A stretch of DNA of 64,000 nt from Candidatus Fimenecus sp. (GCA_045613585.1 JAZLBG010000107.1:10008-74007); one strand, 5' to 3'. Positions 26,154 to 36,615 are shown, numbered from the stretch's first letter. Translations and numbers: made by a program. The notes: generated by a model from the letters alone, not told the origin.

Positions 26154-27032
26154 TTATCGCTCTGTTGGAAATATTAAATCTGGTGGATAATGAATACTTT
26201 TAACTTTTCTGATTTTTTTCATATCATATACAGCTGTATTAGGAAGATTCAAAGGGACTGGACCTGAAACGATATAATGTTTGTATGGAGAAAACCAAAT
26301 AACGTAATCTGCTTTAATTTCTTTTAAAACGTTAATAAATTCTTCATCAAAAAAATGTTTATGTATTTCAGCTCTATATGGTGCACCTGTAATAATCTCA
26401 GATGGTAGTTCCTCTGTATTGTTTGCTTGTGCGTACGCACAAGATTCATCGATAATTAAAAACACGCATTTATGTTTTGGGTGATTCTTTTTATATAGTG
26501 GAATTTGGGAATTGTGCTTTTCCAAAACTCTTTTGAAGCTAGATATATAAAATTTGTAGTTGTGGTCTTCTTCTGTAGGTAAATTAGAATGCGAAATTAC
26601 TATGACCTTATTACCATTAACGCCATCCTCAATTCCTTTAGACTTTAATTCAGAATATATTTTGCTTTCTGCCACATTTGTAGCGTTATATAACTTGCCG
26701 CTTTTTAATTTTTTAGTATGGTCATCTACTCGCATTACTTCCATCATGAGTTTATATTTATCGCTATAGAAATCAGGTGGTGGGTCAGATTTTTTGCTGT
26801 TATCCACCCAGTTTTTCCAATGACAACTTTTTAGCACTTTATTAACAATAAAAATAGATTTTATGCTATTAAAAATGATTCCGTGGCATGTGGTTTGAAA
26901 GTACTCAATTATATTTGATTCCTTATCAAAAAAATTCACACTATCACCTCTTTTGTGATTATTATAACATCTCATTTTCGAATAATCAATTTTATTAAGT
27001 TCACTTAGTCCATAAAAATGTACTGAATTCAA
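26154..27032 (-). CDS. Hypothetical protein, possibly a restriction endonuclease partner; start uncertain
   Basis: Divergent from the C-protein/methyltransferase operon. PPDFYSD...LMMEVMRVDD is only loosely PD-ExK-like. No clear RBS at TTG 27032 or at ATG 26975. Confidence 0.3.
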   Translation of the reverse strand: MNSVHFYGLSELNKIDYSKMRCYNNHKRGDSVNFFDKESNIIEYFQTTCHGIIFNSIKSIFIVNKVLKSCHWKNWVDNSKKSDPPPDFYSDKYKLMMEVMRVDDHTKKLKSGKLYNATNVAESKIYSELKSKGIEDGVNGNKVIVISHSNLPTEEDHNYKFYISSFKRVLEKHNSQIPLYKKNHPKHKCVFLIIDESCAYAQANNTEELPSEIITGAPYRAEIHKHFFDEEFINVLKEIKADYVIWFSPYKHYIVSGPVPLNLPNTAVYDMKKIRKVKSIHYPPDLIFPTER

Positions 27033-27195
27033 AATAAAAAGCAGACAGTGATTTAATTCTATGATATAATATATTTAAACAAGAAAAATGCTGAAATCTC
27101 AATATTTTTTTGGAAATAAGTTGAGAAAAGTAATTTATTGTGATATAATTTCACTAATGTTTATGAAAAATTATATTAATCATAGGGGTGTAATC

Positions 27196-27405
27196 ATGGC
27201 TGCAAGTTATAAGAAATTATTTAAGCTATTAATTGATCGTGACATGAAGAAAAAAGAACTTGCTGAAAAGGCGGGCATCAGTATTGCTACTATTACTAAG
27301 ATGGGCAAAGACGGTGCCGTTGTTTCAAGTGATGTTCTCGTAAAAATCTGCACTGCACTAGATTGTACAATGGATGATATTGTGCAAATTGTACCTGAAA
27401 AATAA
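27196..27405 (+). CDS. XRE-family HTH protein (controller-like) preceding the methyltransferase
   Basis: KKKELAEKAGISIATITKMGKDGAVVSSDVLVKICTAL is an HTH_3 pattern. AGGGGTG RBS. Confidence 0.7.
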   Translation: MAASYKKLFKLLIDRDMKKKELAEKAGISIATITKMGKDGAVVSSDVLVKICTALDCTMDDIVQIVPEK

Positions 27406-27472
27406 CAAAGATATTTTCAGGACAATAATTTAGAGTTTAGATTACAGATATTTGTGCGGAGGATTACCTAAA

Positions 27473-29890
27473 ATGGTAGATAATAAACTTACATATATAA
27501 GTCTTTTTAGTAGCGCTGGAGTTGGATGCTATGGATTTAAAAAAGAAGGATACGAATGTATTGCGACTTGCGAATTGCTTTCTGCAAGATTAGATGTGCA
27601 GAAAGCTAACAATAAATGTAAATATGAGTCAGGTTACATTTCTGGAGATTTAACCAAAGTTGAAATAAAAGAGCAACTTTTTAATGAAGTGGAAATGTGG
27701 AGAGAGAAAGAAAAAGTTGAATCTGTTGATGTCGTTGTTGCTACACCACCTTGTCAGGGAATGAGTACTGCAAATTATAAGAAAGGTGATGAAAGCAAAA
27801 GAAATTCACTTGTTGTTGAAGCGATATCTATTATAAAGAAATTGCAGCCAAAGGTTTTTGTTTTCGAAAATGTTAAAGCTTTTTTGAAAACAGCATGTAC
27901 CGATATAAATGGAGAAATAATTCCTATTAAAGATAGCATTTATAGAAATCTCGGCAAGGACTATCATATATACGCAAGGGTCATTAATTTTAATGAATAT
28001 GGTGTACCATCAAGTCGCCCAAGAACTATTGTTGTTGGAACGCATAAAGATTTTATTCATTTTAGTCCTTTGAATATCTTTCCATTAAAAGAAGAGCAAC
28101 GCACTGTGAGAGATGCGATTGGTGATTTACCATCATTAAGATTTGGAGAAATGTCAGATGATACGCTCCATTTCTTTAGAGAGTATCCAAGATATATGGA
28201 AGAATGGATTAGCCATTTGGCTGAAGGTGAGTCTGCTTTTAATAATGAAGAACCATATAAACCATATAAAATTGAAAACGGAGAAAAGATTGTCTTGAAA
28301 GGTTCTCATATGGGAAATAAATTCAGGAGACTTTTTTGGGATAGACCAGGTGCATGTATTGCGACTAGGAACGACCAGTTAGCAAGTCAAGACACCATCC
28401 ACCCTAAAGATAATCGAGTTTTAAGTATTCGTGAATTGATGCGCTTAATGACTATACCTGATGATTTTCAATGGTCTAATACAGATATTAATAGTCTTAA
28501 GACAAAGGATGAAAAGAAAGTTTTCTTAAAAGAAAATGAATTAAATATAAGAAGATGTATAGGAGAGGCTGTTCCAACACATATAATGCAGACAATTGCA
28601 AAAAATGCCAAGGAAATGATAGCTTTCCAACATTATGTTGAGGATTATTATTCTAATAAGACAAACAATAAGCCAAAGTCATATTATGAAAAAGCTTTTG
28701 ATTTTGAGATGAATCTGACTGAGGTAAAGGAAACAGGTTCTTATTACACGCCTCAAACAGTAGTGTTTGAAGCATTATCAACTATTGACCTTAATGGTAA
28801 AAAAGAAATAAGAATTTTAGAACCATCAGTTGGTATGGGTGCATTTTTACCTCAATTATTCAGACTTTGTGATGTTTGCGATAAGGTTTGTTTAGATGTA
28901 TGCGATTGTGATGCCGACGCTTTAAAAACTTTAAAATCAATAATTAAATTGATTCCTTATAACAAAGATATTATCTCTATTAAGTATATTTGTGATGATT
29001 TTTTAATTACAAACAAAATTAAAAAGAGTTATGATTTGATTATTTCCAATCCGCCTTTCGCAAAGGTGTCAAAGGACAAACTTGCTGATTACAAGGCACA
29101 GTATGATGTTGGCAAGTCGACAAATGCTTTTGCATTTTTCCTTGATAGATACTTGTCTTTATCTGATGAAATTGCTGTTATAGTCCCAAAAAGTTTTGTT
29201 ATGGCTGCGGAATATAATAATATACGAAATAAATATCAGAAATTGGGTATTACACACATTGTGGATTTTGGTGTAAAGTACTTTAAAACCGTTTTCGTTG
29301 AAATTCTTTCAATTCATTTTAAGAAGGGATATACTGGAACGATTGCAGTTGAAAACAAACTTTTGGGAGAAGAATACTATCAAGAACAAGGATATATATT
29401 TCATGATAAATGTTGGCTGATGTATAGGGATTCATGGTTTGATAATTATATAAAAACATTGAAATTAGATGTTTTTGATATGTTTAGAGACCGTCAAATT
29501 ACCAATAGTAAGGTTTCGACATCTGGAGATGTTTGGGTTTTGCGTTCCAAAAATATACTTGATAGTGGTGAAATAGTATCTAAAGAAGGATATGATCGCT
29601 TTATTTCGACGGAAGATTTGCACAAGTATAATGTATCTCAATATTTGAATTCTAATGCAATCATAATGCCTAATTTCACGTATCTTACTCGTGCAACAAG
29701 GTTACCCAATAATTGCATACCAAACGGTTCTATTGCAATATTAAAACCTAAAGCTATAATAGGCGATATAGATTTAACTTTGTACGCTAGTGATGATTTT
29801 AGAAAATACTATGAAATCGTTAAAAACAAGGCTAGATTTACCTTGAATTTAGATTCCAATTCTATCTATTATGTGGGGATAAAAAAGTAA
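27473..29890 (+). CDS. Fused DNA methyltransferase: N-terminal C5-cytosine MTase plus C-terminal gamma-class N6-adenine MTase
   Basis: C5 motifs: FSSAGVG (I), PPCQGMS (IV), ENV (VI), SSRPR (VIII), GEAVP (X). N6A motifs: YYTP, EPSVGMGAF (I), NPPF (IV). Confidence 0.85.
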   Translation: MVDNKLTYISLFSSAGVGCYGFKKEGYECIATCELLSARLDVQKANNKCKYESGYISGDLTKVEIKEQLFNEVEMWREKEKVESVDVVVATPPCQGMSTANYKKGDESKRNSLVVEAISIIKKLQPKVFVFENVKAFLKTACTDINGEIIPIKDSIYRNLGKDYHIYARVINFNEYGVPSSRPRTIVVGTHKDFIHFSPLNIFPLKEEQRTVRDAIGDLPSLRFGEMSDDTLHFFREYPRYMEEWISHLAEGESAFNNEEPYKPYKIENGEKIVLKGSHMGNKFRRLFWDRPGACIATRNDQLASQDTIHPKDNRVLSIRELMRLMTIPDDFQWSNTDINSLKTKDEKKVFLKENELNIRRCIGEAVPTHIMQTIAKNAKEMIAFQHYVEDYYSNKTNNKPKSYYEKAFDFEMNLTEVKETGSYYTPQTVVFEALSTIDLNGKKEIRILEPSVGMGAFLPQLFRLCDVCDKVCLDVCDCDADALKTLKSIIKLIPYNKDIISIKYICDDFLITNKIKKSYDLIISNPPFAKVSKDKLADYKAQYDVGKSTNAFAFFLDRYLSLSDEIAVIVPKSFVMAAEYNNIRNKYQKLGITHIVDFGVKYFKTVFVEILSIHFKKGYTGTIAVENKLLGEEYYQEQGYIFHDKCWLMYRDSWFDNYIKTLKLDVFDMFRDRQITNSKVSTSGDVWVLRSKNILDSGEIVSKEGYDRFISTEDLHKYNVSQYLNSNAIIMPNFTYLTRATRLPNNCIPNGSIAILKPKAIIGDIDLTLYASDDFRKYYEIVKNKARFTLNLDSNSIYYVGIKK

Positions 29891-29907
29891 AAAAAGAGGT
29901 GAGTTAG

Positions 29908-32583
29908 ATGCAGAGTTTAGCAAAAATTTTTATGGGGACATTTGGTTCTGGAAAAACTTATAATGCAATAAAAGCTGCATGTGATTTTATAGGTGAAGAT
30001 AATAGTCATGAAAATTTCATGCGTTTGTGTAACGAGAAGCGAATAGCTTATATTCCATTAAGCCCTAATTTTACATATGAAAACTTTGTAGCTGGTGTTA
30101 AAGTTTCAACTGATGCAAAAGGAAAGATTACTTATCAAGTGGTGGATAAAGTCTTTTCTGAAATGTGTGAGAAAGCTTTAATGCATAAAGATTTAAATTA
30201 TTGTGTTATTTTAGATGATTTGGACCGTGTAAACATTAGTGTTCTGTTAGGCGAATTGATTAATGCTATAGAATATAGAAATGAGCGTGTAACTACAACT
30301 AGTGGGAAATCCATAATGGTTCCAGATAATTTGTTGATTGTAGGGACTTTGAATTCCTTGAATCAAAGAGATACAGATTATGCTGTTTTAAGAAGATTTA
30401 ATTTACAACCACTAAACCCAACAAAGCAATTGATTTATGATTTTTATGAGGGTTATCCTGGTGATGTTGTTGAGACAGTTGTAGAGTTTTATGAGAAAGT
30501 TAACTCCTTTATTGATTTAAACATATCAACAGATTATTTAGATTTGTTAAATGAGTATCATATTAGCCCGGCTTTTTATTTGAAAAGCAAAGCTTCTGCG
30601 GTAGATTTGTTAAATGTAATTGTTACATATATAGATTCAATTATTATTCCAATCTTGCATCAATATGTATCAGATGGAATACTTGATTGCTCTTTTGACG
30701 ATGTTAAGAGTTTTCAGGCATCCTTAGTGTCTATGCGTGCTGATATACAGAGTGCTAGTGTGAAAAAGATTACAAAGTGGATTTATAATTATGATACTGA
30801 CAGTTGGGCATCCGTTGACAACTGTGGTTCGGATGCAAAGGATGAATATATAGAAACATTGCACAACGAGCTTCGTGGATATAAGGCCGAACTCTTTAGA
30901 CTTATTTTTGAGGCAGTTTCTTTTTCGAATATTGTACCTGTCGATAGCTTATTTAATGATATATATAATAATACAAATCTCATCAAAGTATCAAATCAGT
31001 TTGCACGTTCGAGAGACAAAGAGAGATTAGCTGCATTTGTTGCGGAGGAGAGTGTCTCTGAACAGTTTCAATATAGTACACAGGGCGGTAAAATTAATTG
31101 TTCTGTTTATGCTACTGTTGCGGTAGGCAATAAAATGAAACCTAGATATGAAATAAACGGAAAACGGTATGTAATTGCTAGTGGGTTTAGAAGTGGCGGC
31201 TCAACAACAAGTTTGGATACGTATGAGCCTACCTTATTAGCGCCGCTATATCATGGAGAGTTTGTATATAAATTAATTGTTTCATACTATAATTTAATGA
31301 TTAGAGGATTTGCTGAATCAGGAAACAACTTGTTGGAAAAGTTAGCGAAAGTAGAACTGAATTATGTAATTAAACAAGAACGAATAGCAGAAACTTGGCC
31401 GGAAATTATACCTAATCTATCGATTCTGTGGTCTTCAGCAGGTAGTGAAATACACTTAACATCATCTAAAATTGATGATTTAGAGAGAGCAAGAAATAGC
31501 GTTTCATTTACTAGCTTGTATGAAGATTATGTTGAACAAGAACATAATGAAACTTTGATAATTCCTAGTATAGGGGTGGAAAATATGTCTAACGATTATA
31601 AAAAAATAATGGATTTGCTCAATATTCATCAAATGATTTTACAAGGACCTCCTGGTACATCTAAAACATATGGAGCAAAAGAATTTATAGGTAATCGCAT
31701 TATAGAAAAGGGTGATGCTACAGGTTTACCTATGTCTATTTTGACACAGAATCAATTGAACGAAGAGCACTATAATGAAAATATTGAGTTGGACAAGTCA
31801 GTGTATTGGGATATAGTGCAGTTTCATCCATCATATGACTATGAGGACTTTGTTAGAGGAATAGATGTTAGGCCAGGATATAATGGTATAGAATATGTAA
31901 CAGTAAATAAGACTCTAGGTAAAATCGCTGCATTAGCAAGCAAGAAAGAAAATAGTGGTAAAGAATTTTACCTAATTATCGATGAAATTAACAGAGCTAA
32001 TATTGCATCTGTCTTTGGGGAACTAATTTATGCGTTAGAATATCGTGGAGAACCTGTTGAAACACCGTATGCTGTTAATGGTGAATCAACAATATCTTTA
32101 CCATCTAATCTATACATAATAGGTACTATGAATACGGCGGATAAATCAATTGGAAATATTGACTATGCAGTGAAGAGAAGATTTATATTCTTTAATAGTT
32201 TGCCTAATAGAGAAACTGTATTGAGTTGTGCCGAGAAAGATGAAAATGCAATAGAGGTAAGGGCTTATGATATTGTGGCTCAATTATTTAGAGATTACTT
32301 GAATTCAGAATATAATATTGATGATGTACAATTAGGACATACATATTTTTTAAGAGTAAAAGAGAGTCCAGTAATGGATGAAAAAGAATGTATGTTTGAA
32401 AAAATGCGTTATCAAATCATCCCAATTTTAAGAGAATATTTTAAAGATGGAATATTAGAGAATAATGAAGACTCAGGTTCAAGTCAAGCATCTCAAGAAT
32501 TGATGAGCATTATTGAACAATATAGCGTTTTCAAAGATATAGATAAAACAATTTCTGATTGGTTGAATAAACATTTAAATTAA
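29908..32583 (+). CDS. McrB-like AAA+ GTPase with a tandem (degenerate plus canonical) AAA+ module
   Basis: C-terminal half: GPPGTSKT, IIDEINRANIASVFGELIYALEYRG, IGTMNTADKS..IDYAVKRRF. N-terminal half repeats the pattern in degenerate form: GSGKTY, ILDDLDRVNISVLLGELINAIEYR, VGTLNS...DYAVLRRF. Confidence 0.85.
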   Translation: MQSLAKIFMGTFGSGKTYNAIKAACDFIGEDNSHENFMRLCNEKRIAYIPLSPNFTYENFVAGVKVSTDAKGKITYQVVDKVFSEMCEKALMHKDLNYCVILDDLDRVNISVLLGELINAIEYRNERVTTTSGKSIMVPDNLLIVGTLNSLNQRDTDYAVLRRFNLQPLNPTKQLIYDFYEGYPGDVVETVVEFYEKVNSFIDLNISTDYLDLLNEYHISPAFYLKSKASAVDLLNVIVTYIDSIIIPILHQYVSDGILDCSFDDVKSFQASLVSMRADIQSASVKKITKWIYNYDTDSWASVDNCGSDAKDEYIETLHNELRGYKAELFRLIFEAVSFSNIVPVDSLFNDIYNNTNLIKVSNQFARSRDKERLAAFVAEESVSEQFQYSTQGGKINCSVYATVAVGNKMKPRYEINGKRYVIASGFRSGGSTTSLDTYEPTLLAPLYHGEFVYKLIVSYYNLMIRGFAESGNNLLEKLAKVELNYVIKQERIAETWPEIIPNLSILWSSAGSEIHLTSSKIDDLERARNSVSFTSLYEDYVEQEHNETLIIPSIGVENMSNDYKKIMDLLNIHQMILQGPPGTSKTYGAKEFIGNRIIEKGDATGLPMSILTQNQLNEEHYNENIELDKSVYWDIVQFHPSYDYEDFVRGIDVRPGYNGIEYVTVNKTLGKIAALASKKENSGKEFYLIIDEINRANIASVFGELIYALEYRGEPVETPYAVNGESTISLPSNLYIIGTMNTADKSIGNIDYAVKRRFIFFNSLPNRETVLSCAEKDENAIEVRAYDIVAQLFRDYLNSEYNIDDVQLGHTYFLRVKESPVMDEKECMFEKMRYQIIPILREYFKDGILENNEDSGSSQASQELMSIIEQYSVFKDIDKTISDWLNKHLN

Positions 32584-32598
32584 CAACTGGTGATTTTT

Positions 32599-33903
32599 AT
32601 GATTCATGCAAAAACATGGAGTAAAATAGATGGTTTAGATAACAAAACTTGTCAAAATGCTCTTTTTAGCAATAATTATCAAAATATGGGAATTCATTTT
32701 CATAATGGAGAATTATGGTCTTCAGGATATGCCGGAATATGTCGCTTGGTCGACCGTTTTGGTGGAATTATAAAGGGTGGAAATGAGAATCAAATAATAC
32801 TTTCTGTGGAGCCTAATTATGATGTCACTCCATTTGAAATGCTTGCTGCTGTTATGTCTGATGATGAGTATGATGATTATCTTGATGTCTTAAAAAAAGA
32901 AAAACGTGAATTGTTTCATATCTTTTTAGAGCAAGAAACTATAGAAACCAGTGTTACTGGGTGTTCTGGTGATTTTCTGATTGCTGCATCATTTATAATG
33001 AGTTGTAAATATGTATGTAAGCGAAAGTTAAAGCCACAAATGGTCAAACACAACGAGAATTTGAGGGCTAAGGCAAAAGGCAAAATAGATATCAAAAGAC
33101 AATTAAAAACGAATGTTTTCAGAGGAAGAGAAGATAGAATGTTTTGTACATACAACATTTTTTCAATCGATACTTTGGAAAATAGAATACTTAAATTTGC
33201 ACTAAAAAAAGCAGAACATATAATCAAAAATAAATATGGTAAAGTATATGATTATATGAAAAAGGATATAAAGTTCTGCAAAAATGCTTTGGCAGATGTT
33301 TCGGATATTAGAGTTGACAAAAATATGTTTACAAGAGTTTCGGTGAATGGTTTGTATCCGTATTATAAGGAACCAATACAACTAGCCAAACAACTGGTTT
33401 GTGACTTGTATATTGAACCGGTATACCAGGGAGAGCATACTGGAAAAGTTATACCATATGTAATTAATATGGAATTACTTTTTGAGTTTTATATTAGAAC
33501 AAAGCTGAAAGAGTATTATGCCGACAAAGAAATATATAGTGTTGGGAAATACAACAAGAAATATGTATTTTTAAGACACCACATGCATCAAAATCATTTA
33601 ATTAAACATTATATTCCAGATGTTATAATATTAAAAGATTCTAAACCAGAAGCGGTTTTTGATGTTAAGTTCAAAAACAGATTAAAGCCTGACAGGAATG
33701 ATACTCATCAGCTCATGAGTTATGTTTTAATGTTGGGCGTTAATAAGTGTGGTTTTATTTTCCCAAAATCTCAAGACCTTTCTGGTGGTTTAGCGTTTCA
33801 AGATGAATTAAATGTTGCCGATGATGTGATTTCTTATTATGAAATTGAATACGATAAAGAAATTATAGCAAGCTCTATGCTTGAAGTGGGCTGTAGTGAG
33901 TGA
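32599..33903 (+). CDS. McrC-like nuclease subunit
   Basis: Directly follows the McrB-like gene. C-terminal PD-(D/E)XK motif: IPDVIIL...VFDVKFK. Confidence 0.65.
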   Translation: MIHAKTWSKIDGLDNKTCQNALFSNNYQNMGIHFHNGELWSSGYAGICRLVDRFGGIIKGGNENQIILSVEPNYDVTPFEMLAAVMSDDEYDDYLDVLKKEKRELFHIFLEQETIETSVTGCSGDFLIAASFIMSCKYVCKRKLKPQMVKHNENLRAKAKGKIDIKRQLKTNVFRGREDRMFCTYNIFSIDTLENRILKFALKKAEHIIKNKYGKVYDYMKKDIKFCKNALADVSDIRVDKNMFTRVSVNGLYPYYKEPIQLAKQLVCDLYIEPVYQGEHTGKVIPYVINMELLFEFYIRTKLKEYYADKEIYSVGKYNKKYVFLRHHMHQNHLIKHYIPDVIILKDSKPEAVFDVKFKNRLKPDRNDTHQLMSYVLMLGVNKCGFIFPKSQDLSGGLAFQDELNVADDVISYYEIEYDKEIIASSMLEVGCSE

Positions 33904-33987
33904 CTAATAGTAGATGAAACCTACATTGAAATCAAAATGTTTGCTAATTGGAAATAAATGCAGAGTACTGCAATAAGGTGCAATGAT

Positions 33988-34401
33988 ATGATTAAAGACA
34001 TAATTTATGACCCGATTTTGTTGGCGATGAAATCGGAAAAGGCTACAATTGAAGATTTGCAGGTGGCAGAAGATTTGCTTGACACTCTCACTGCCAATGC
34101 TGATGGTTGTGTTGGTATGGCAGCTAATATGATTGGTGTACATAAGCGTATCATTTGCTTCGATGATAACGGTAAGTATATGACTATGTTCAACCCCGAA
34201 GTCATTAGAAAGTCAGACCCTTATGAAACCGAAGAAGGTTGCCTTTCATTGCTTGGTGTTCCCCGTAAGTGTAAGCGTTATAAGAGTATAAAAGTGCAGT
34301 GGCAGACAGCTGAATTCCAGACCCGAATCAAAACATTCACCGGATGGACAGCACAAATCATTCAGCATGAAATTGACCATTGTGATGGTATCTTAATTTA
34401 A
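33988..34401 (+). CDS. def: Peptide deformylase
   Basis: GVGMAANMIG, EGCLS and HEIDH motifs. Confidence 0.85.
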   Translation: MIKDIIYDPILLAMKSEKATIEDLQVAEDLLDTLTANADGCVGMAANMIGVHKRIICFDDNGKYMTMFNPEVIRKSDPYETEEGCLSLLGVPRKCKRYKSIKVQWQTAEFQTRIKTFTGWTAQIIQHEIDHCDGILI

Positions 34402-34411
34402 TGGTGATGCT

Positions 34412-34861
34412 ATGAAAATTATAATTGATGCTGATGCGTGTCCCGTTGTGGATATTACTGTCAATGTGGCAAAAGAGCGTGGACTTGAGTGTATCATTGT
34501 TTGCGACAATACCCACACCATTGAAAGGGATGGCGCTACAACTATAGTTGTTGATAAGGGTGCTGATTCTGCCGATTGTCGTATTGCTAATATCACCGAA
34601 AAGGGTGATGTGGTTGTTACGCAGGATTACGGACTTGCAGCTCTCGTGCTTGGCAAGGGCGGTAAGGCACTTAATCAGAATGGACTCATTTACACCGATA
34701 GCAATATAGAAAATCTCCTTTTCACCCGTTTTATAGGCAAAAAGGAGCGTATGGCAGGTAACAGGACAAAGGGTCCTAAAAAGAGAACATCACAAAACAA
34801 TGCAGATTTTTTAAAAGCATTGTTAATATGCCTTGACCATTGTGATGGTATATTGATTTGA
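34412..34861 (+). CDS. YaiI/YqxD (DUF188, UPF0178) family protein with a chimeric C-terminus
   Basis: MKIIIDADACPV... N-terminus is typical of DUF188. The last 9 codons (DHCDGILI*) copy the end of def. Confidence 0.7.
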   Translation: MKIIIDADACPVVDITVNVAKERGLECIIVCDNTHTIERDGATTIVVDKGADSADCRIANITEKGDVVVTQDYGLAALVLGKGGKALNQNGLIYTDSNIENLLFTRFIGKKERMAGNRTKGPKKRTSQNNADFLKALLICLDHCDGILI

Positions 34862-34901
34862 TAGATGTTTGTTTGTGTTCGAAAAAATTAAGGAGTGAAA
34901 G

Positions 34902-36605
34902 ATGATGGATAATCACAACAATCCTGCGGTTGTTATAAAATCAATTACATTTAATGATGGTAGTGAAATTGAATTTAATAGTGACGACATAGTATTATTG
35001 GTTGGAGCCAATAATGTCGGTAAAAGCCGTACTTTGAAAGATTTACAAGCAGATTTAATTGATAATGAAAATTCAAGAGTATTAATAAAAAAAGTTGACT
35101 ATCATACCAGTAATTTTGCTACAGAACCAATAAAGAATTTCTTTGAAAGAAATATTCGTAAAAATATTCATGGTGACTATGTCGTTCCTGTGAATGATAA
35201 TTGCACCCATCAATTCAGTGAATTTGATTTTGAGAATGTTTTAGACGGTGATAAGCGCTTCTACAAAGTTTTGTATTCATTTTTGTCAACAGAAAGTCGA
35301 TTGAATATAACAAAACCAATTAGCTTTAATTATGGTGTTGATAAAACATGTTCAAACATATTAAATAAACTAGAAGAGCACCAAGAAATAATAGAGACAC
35401 TAAACGAAATATTGTCATCAGCATTTGGGAAGGCTATTGATGTGTATGAACGTTCTGATGATGATGTCATTGTAAAAGAATATAAAATTGGCGATGGCAA
35501 ATTAATTACTGATGCAATTAATTCAAACAGACGAGAGGGGAAAAGAATACTGAAAGAACTGGATAGCCTACATCACCAAGGTGATGGTATAAGAAGTGCA
35601 GTTGCTATCTTAGCTTCTCTTATTGTTAACGAACATTCATTGCTTTTGATTGACGAACCGGAAACTTTTTTACATCCACCTCAAGCGAAACTGATTGGAA
35701 AAAACATTGTGCAATTATCAGAGAATAAACAATGTTTTATTGCTACACACAATATTGATTTCATTAAAGGTGTTGTAGAAGCAAATTCTTCTAGAGTAAA
35801 AATAATAAAGATTAATAGATATGAAAATGAAAATACTTTTAATTTAATTAAAAACAACAGCATTATTGAAATTGCAAACGATAAGAACTTAAAATATACA
35901 AACATTCTGGATGGTTTATTTTATAATCGTTTGGTGTTGTGTGAAAATGAAAGTGATTGCAAATTTTATGCCTCATTATTGGAAAATATGGATTTATCCA
36001 AGTATCAAAGTACGCTATTTTGTGCAGTTGGAGGTAAAGACCAGTTCAAAAAAGTAATACCTTTGCTAAGAGAACTGCGTATAGATTATTTGATTATTGC
36101 TGATATAGACTTAATCGATAATAAAGAGAATTTAAAACAATTAATGAATTCCATAGTAACAGATGGATATGAGCAAATACGTAAAAAGCATAATGATTTT
36201 TTGGAAAAATTTGAAGAAGGAACAAATTCTCAAGTTAAAATTCAATGTGATATACAAAAAGAAATTAACGAGGCTTTCACAGATGAAAGATATATCTCAC
36301 CGGAAACTGTTGATAAGATAAAATCGATATTAAAGAATATTAGTTCTTTAAAATTATTGAAAAGGGGCGGAAAAAACATTTTGCCTCAAGGAGATTGTAC
36401 AGCACTATTTAATGAGATTAATAATTACCTACATGAGCATAATGTTTTTATTGTAGAATGTGGAGAAATTGAACGGTTTGTGCCAAACGTAGGTGGACAT
36501 GGAAATAATTGGTTAGAGAAGGTATTTGAAAAGTATAGGGATATTGACGATAATGTTTACAATGACGCAAAACAGTTTGTTAAGGTAATCTTTAAAATTG
36601 ATTGA
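34902..36605 (+). CDS. OLD-family / PARIS-like fused ABC-ATPase plus TOPRIM protein
   Basis: Walker A GANNVGKS, Walker B LLLIDEPETFLHP, H-loop ATHN. TOPRIM-like CENESD ... IIADIDL. Confidence 0.75.
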   Translation: MMDNHNNPAVVIKSITFNDGSEIEFNSDDIVLLVGANNVGKSRTLKDLQADLIDNENSRVLIKKVDYHTSNFATEPIKNFFERNIRKNIHGDYVVPVNDNCTHQFSEFDFENVLDGDKRFYKVLYSFLSTESRLNITKPISFNYGVDKTCSNILNKLEEHQEIIETLNEILSSAFGKAIDVYERSDDDVIVKEYKIGDGKLITDAINSNRREGKRILKELDSLHHQGDGIRSAVAILASLIVNEHSLLLIDEPETFLHPPQAKLIGKNIVQLSENKQCFIATHNIDFIKGVVEANSSRVKIIKINRYENENTFNLIKNNSIIEIANDKNLKYTNILDGLFYNRLVLCENESDCKFYASLLENMDLSKYQSTLFCAVGGKDQFKKVIPLLRELRIDYLIIADIDLIDNKENLKQLMNSIVTDGYEQIRKKHNDFLEKFEEGTNSQVKIQCDIQKEINEAFTDERYISPETVDKIKSILKNISSLKLLKRGGKNILPQGDCTALFNEINNYLHEHNVFIVECGEIERFVPNVGGHGNNWLEKVFEKYRDIDDNVYNDAKQFVKVIFKID

Positions 36606-36615
36606 ATCAACAAGT

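Noticed and set aside
34902-36605. Gabija (GajA) interpretation of the ATPase-TOPRIM gene
   Set aside because: There is no UvrD-like GajB helicase adjacent. The next gene is an unrelated module with its own promoter.
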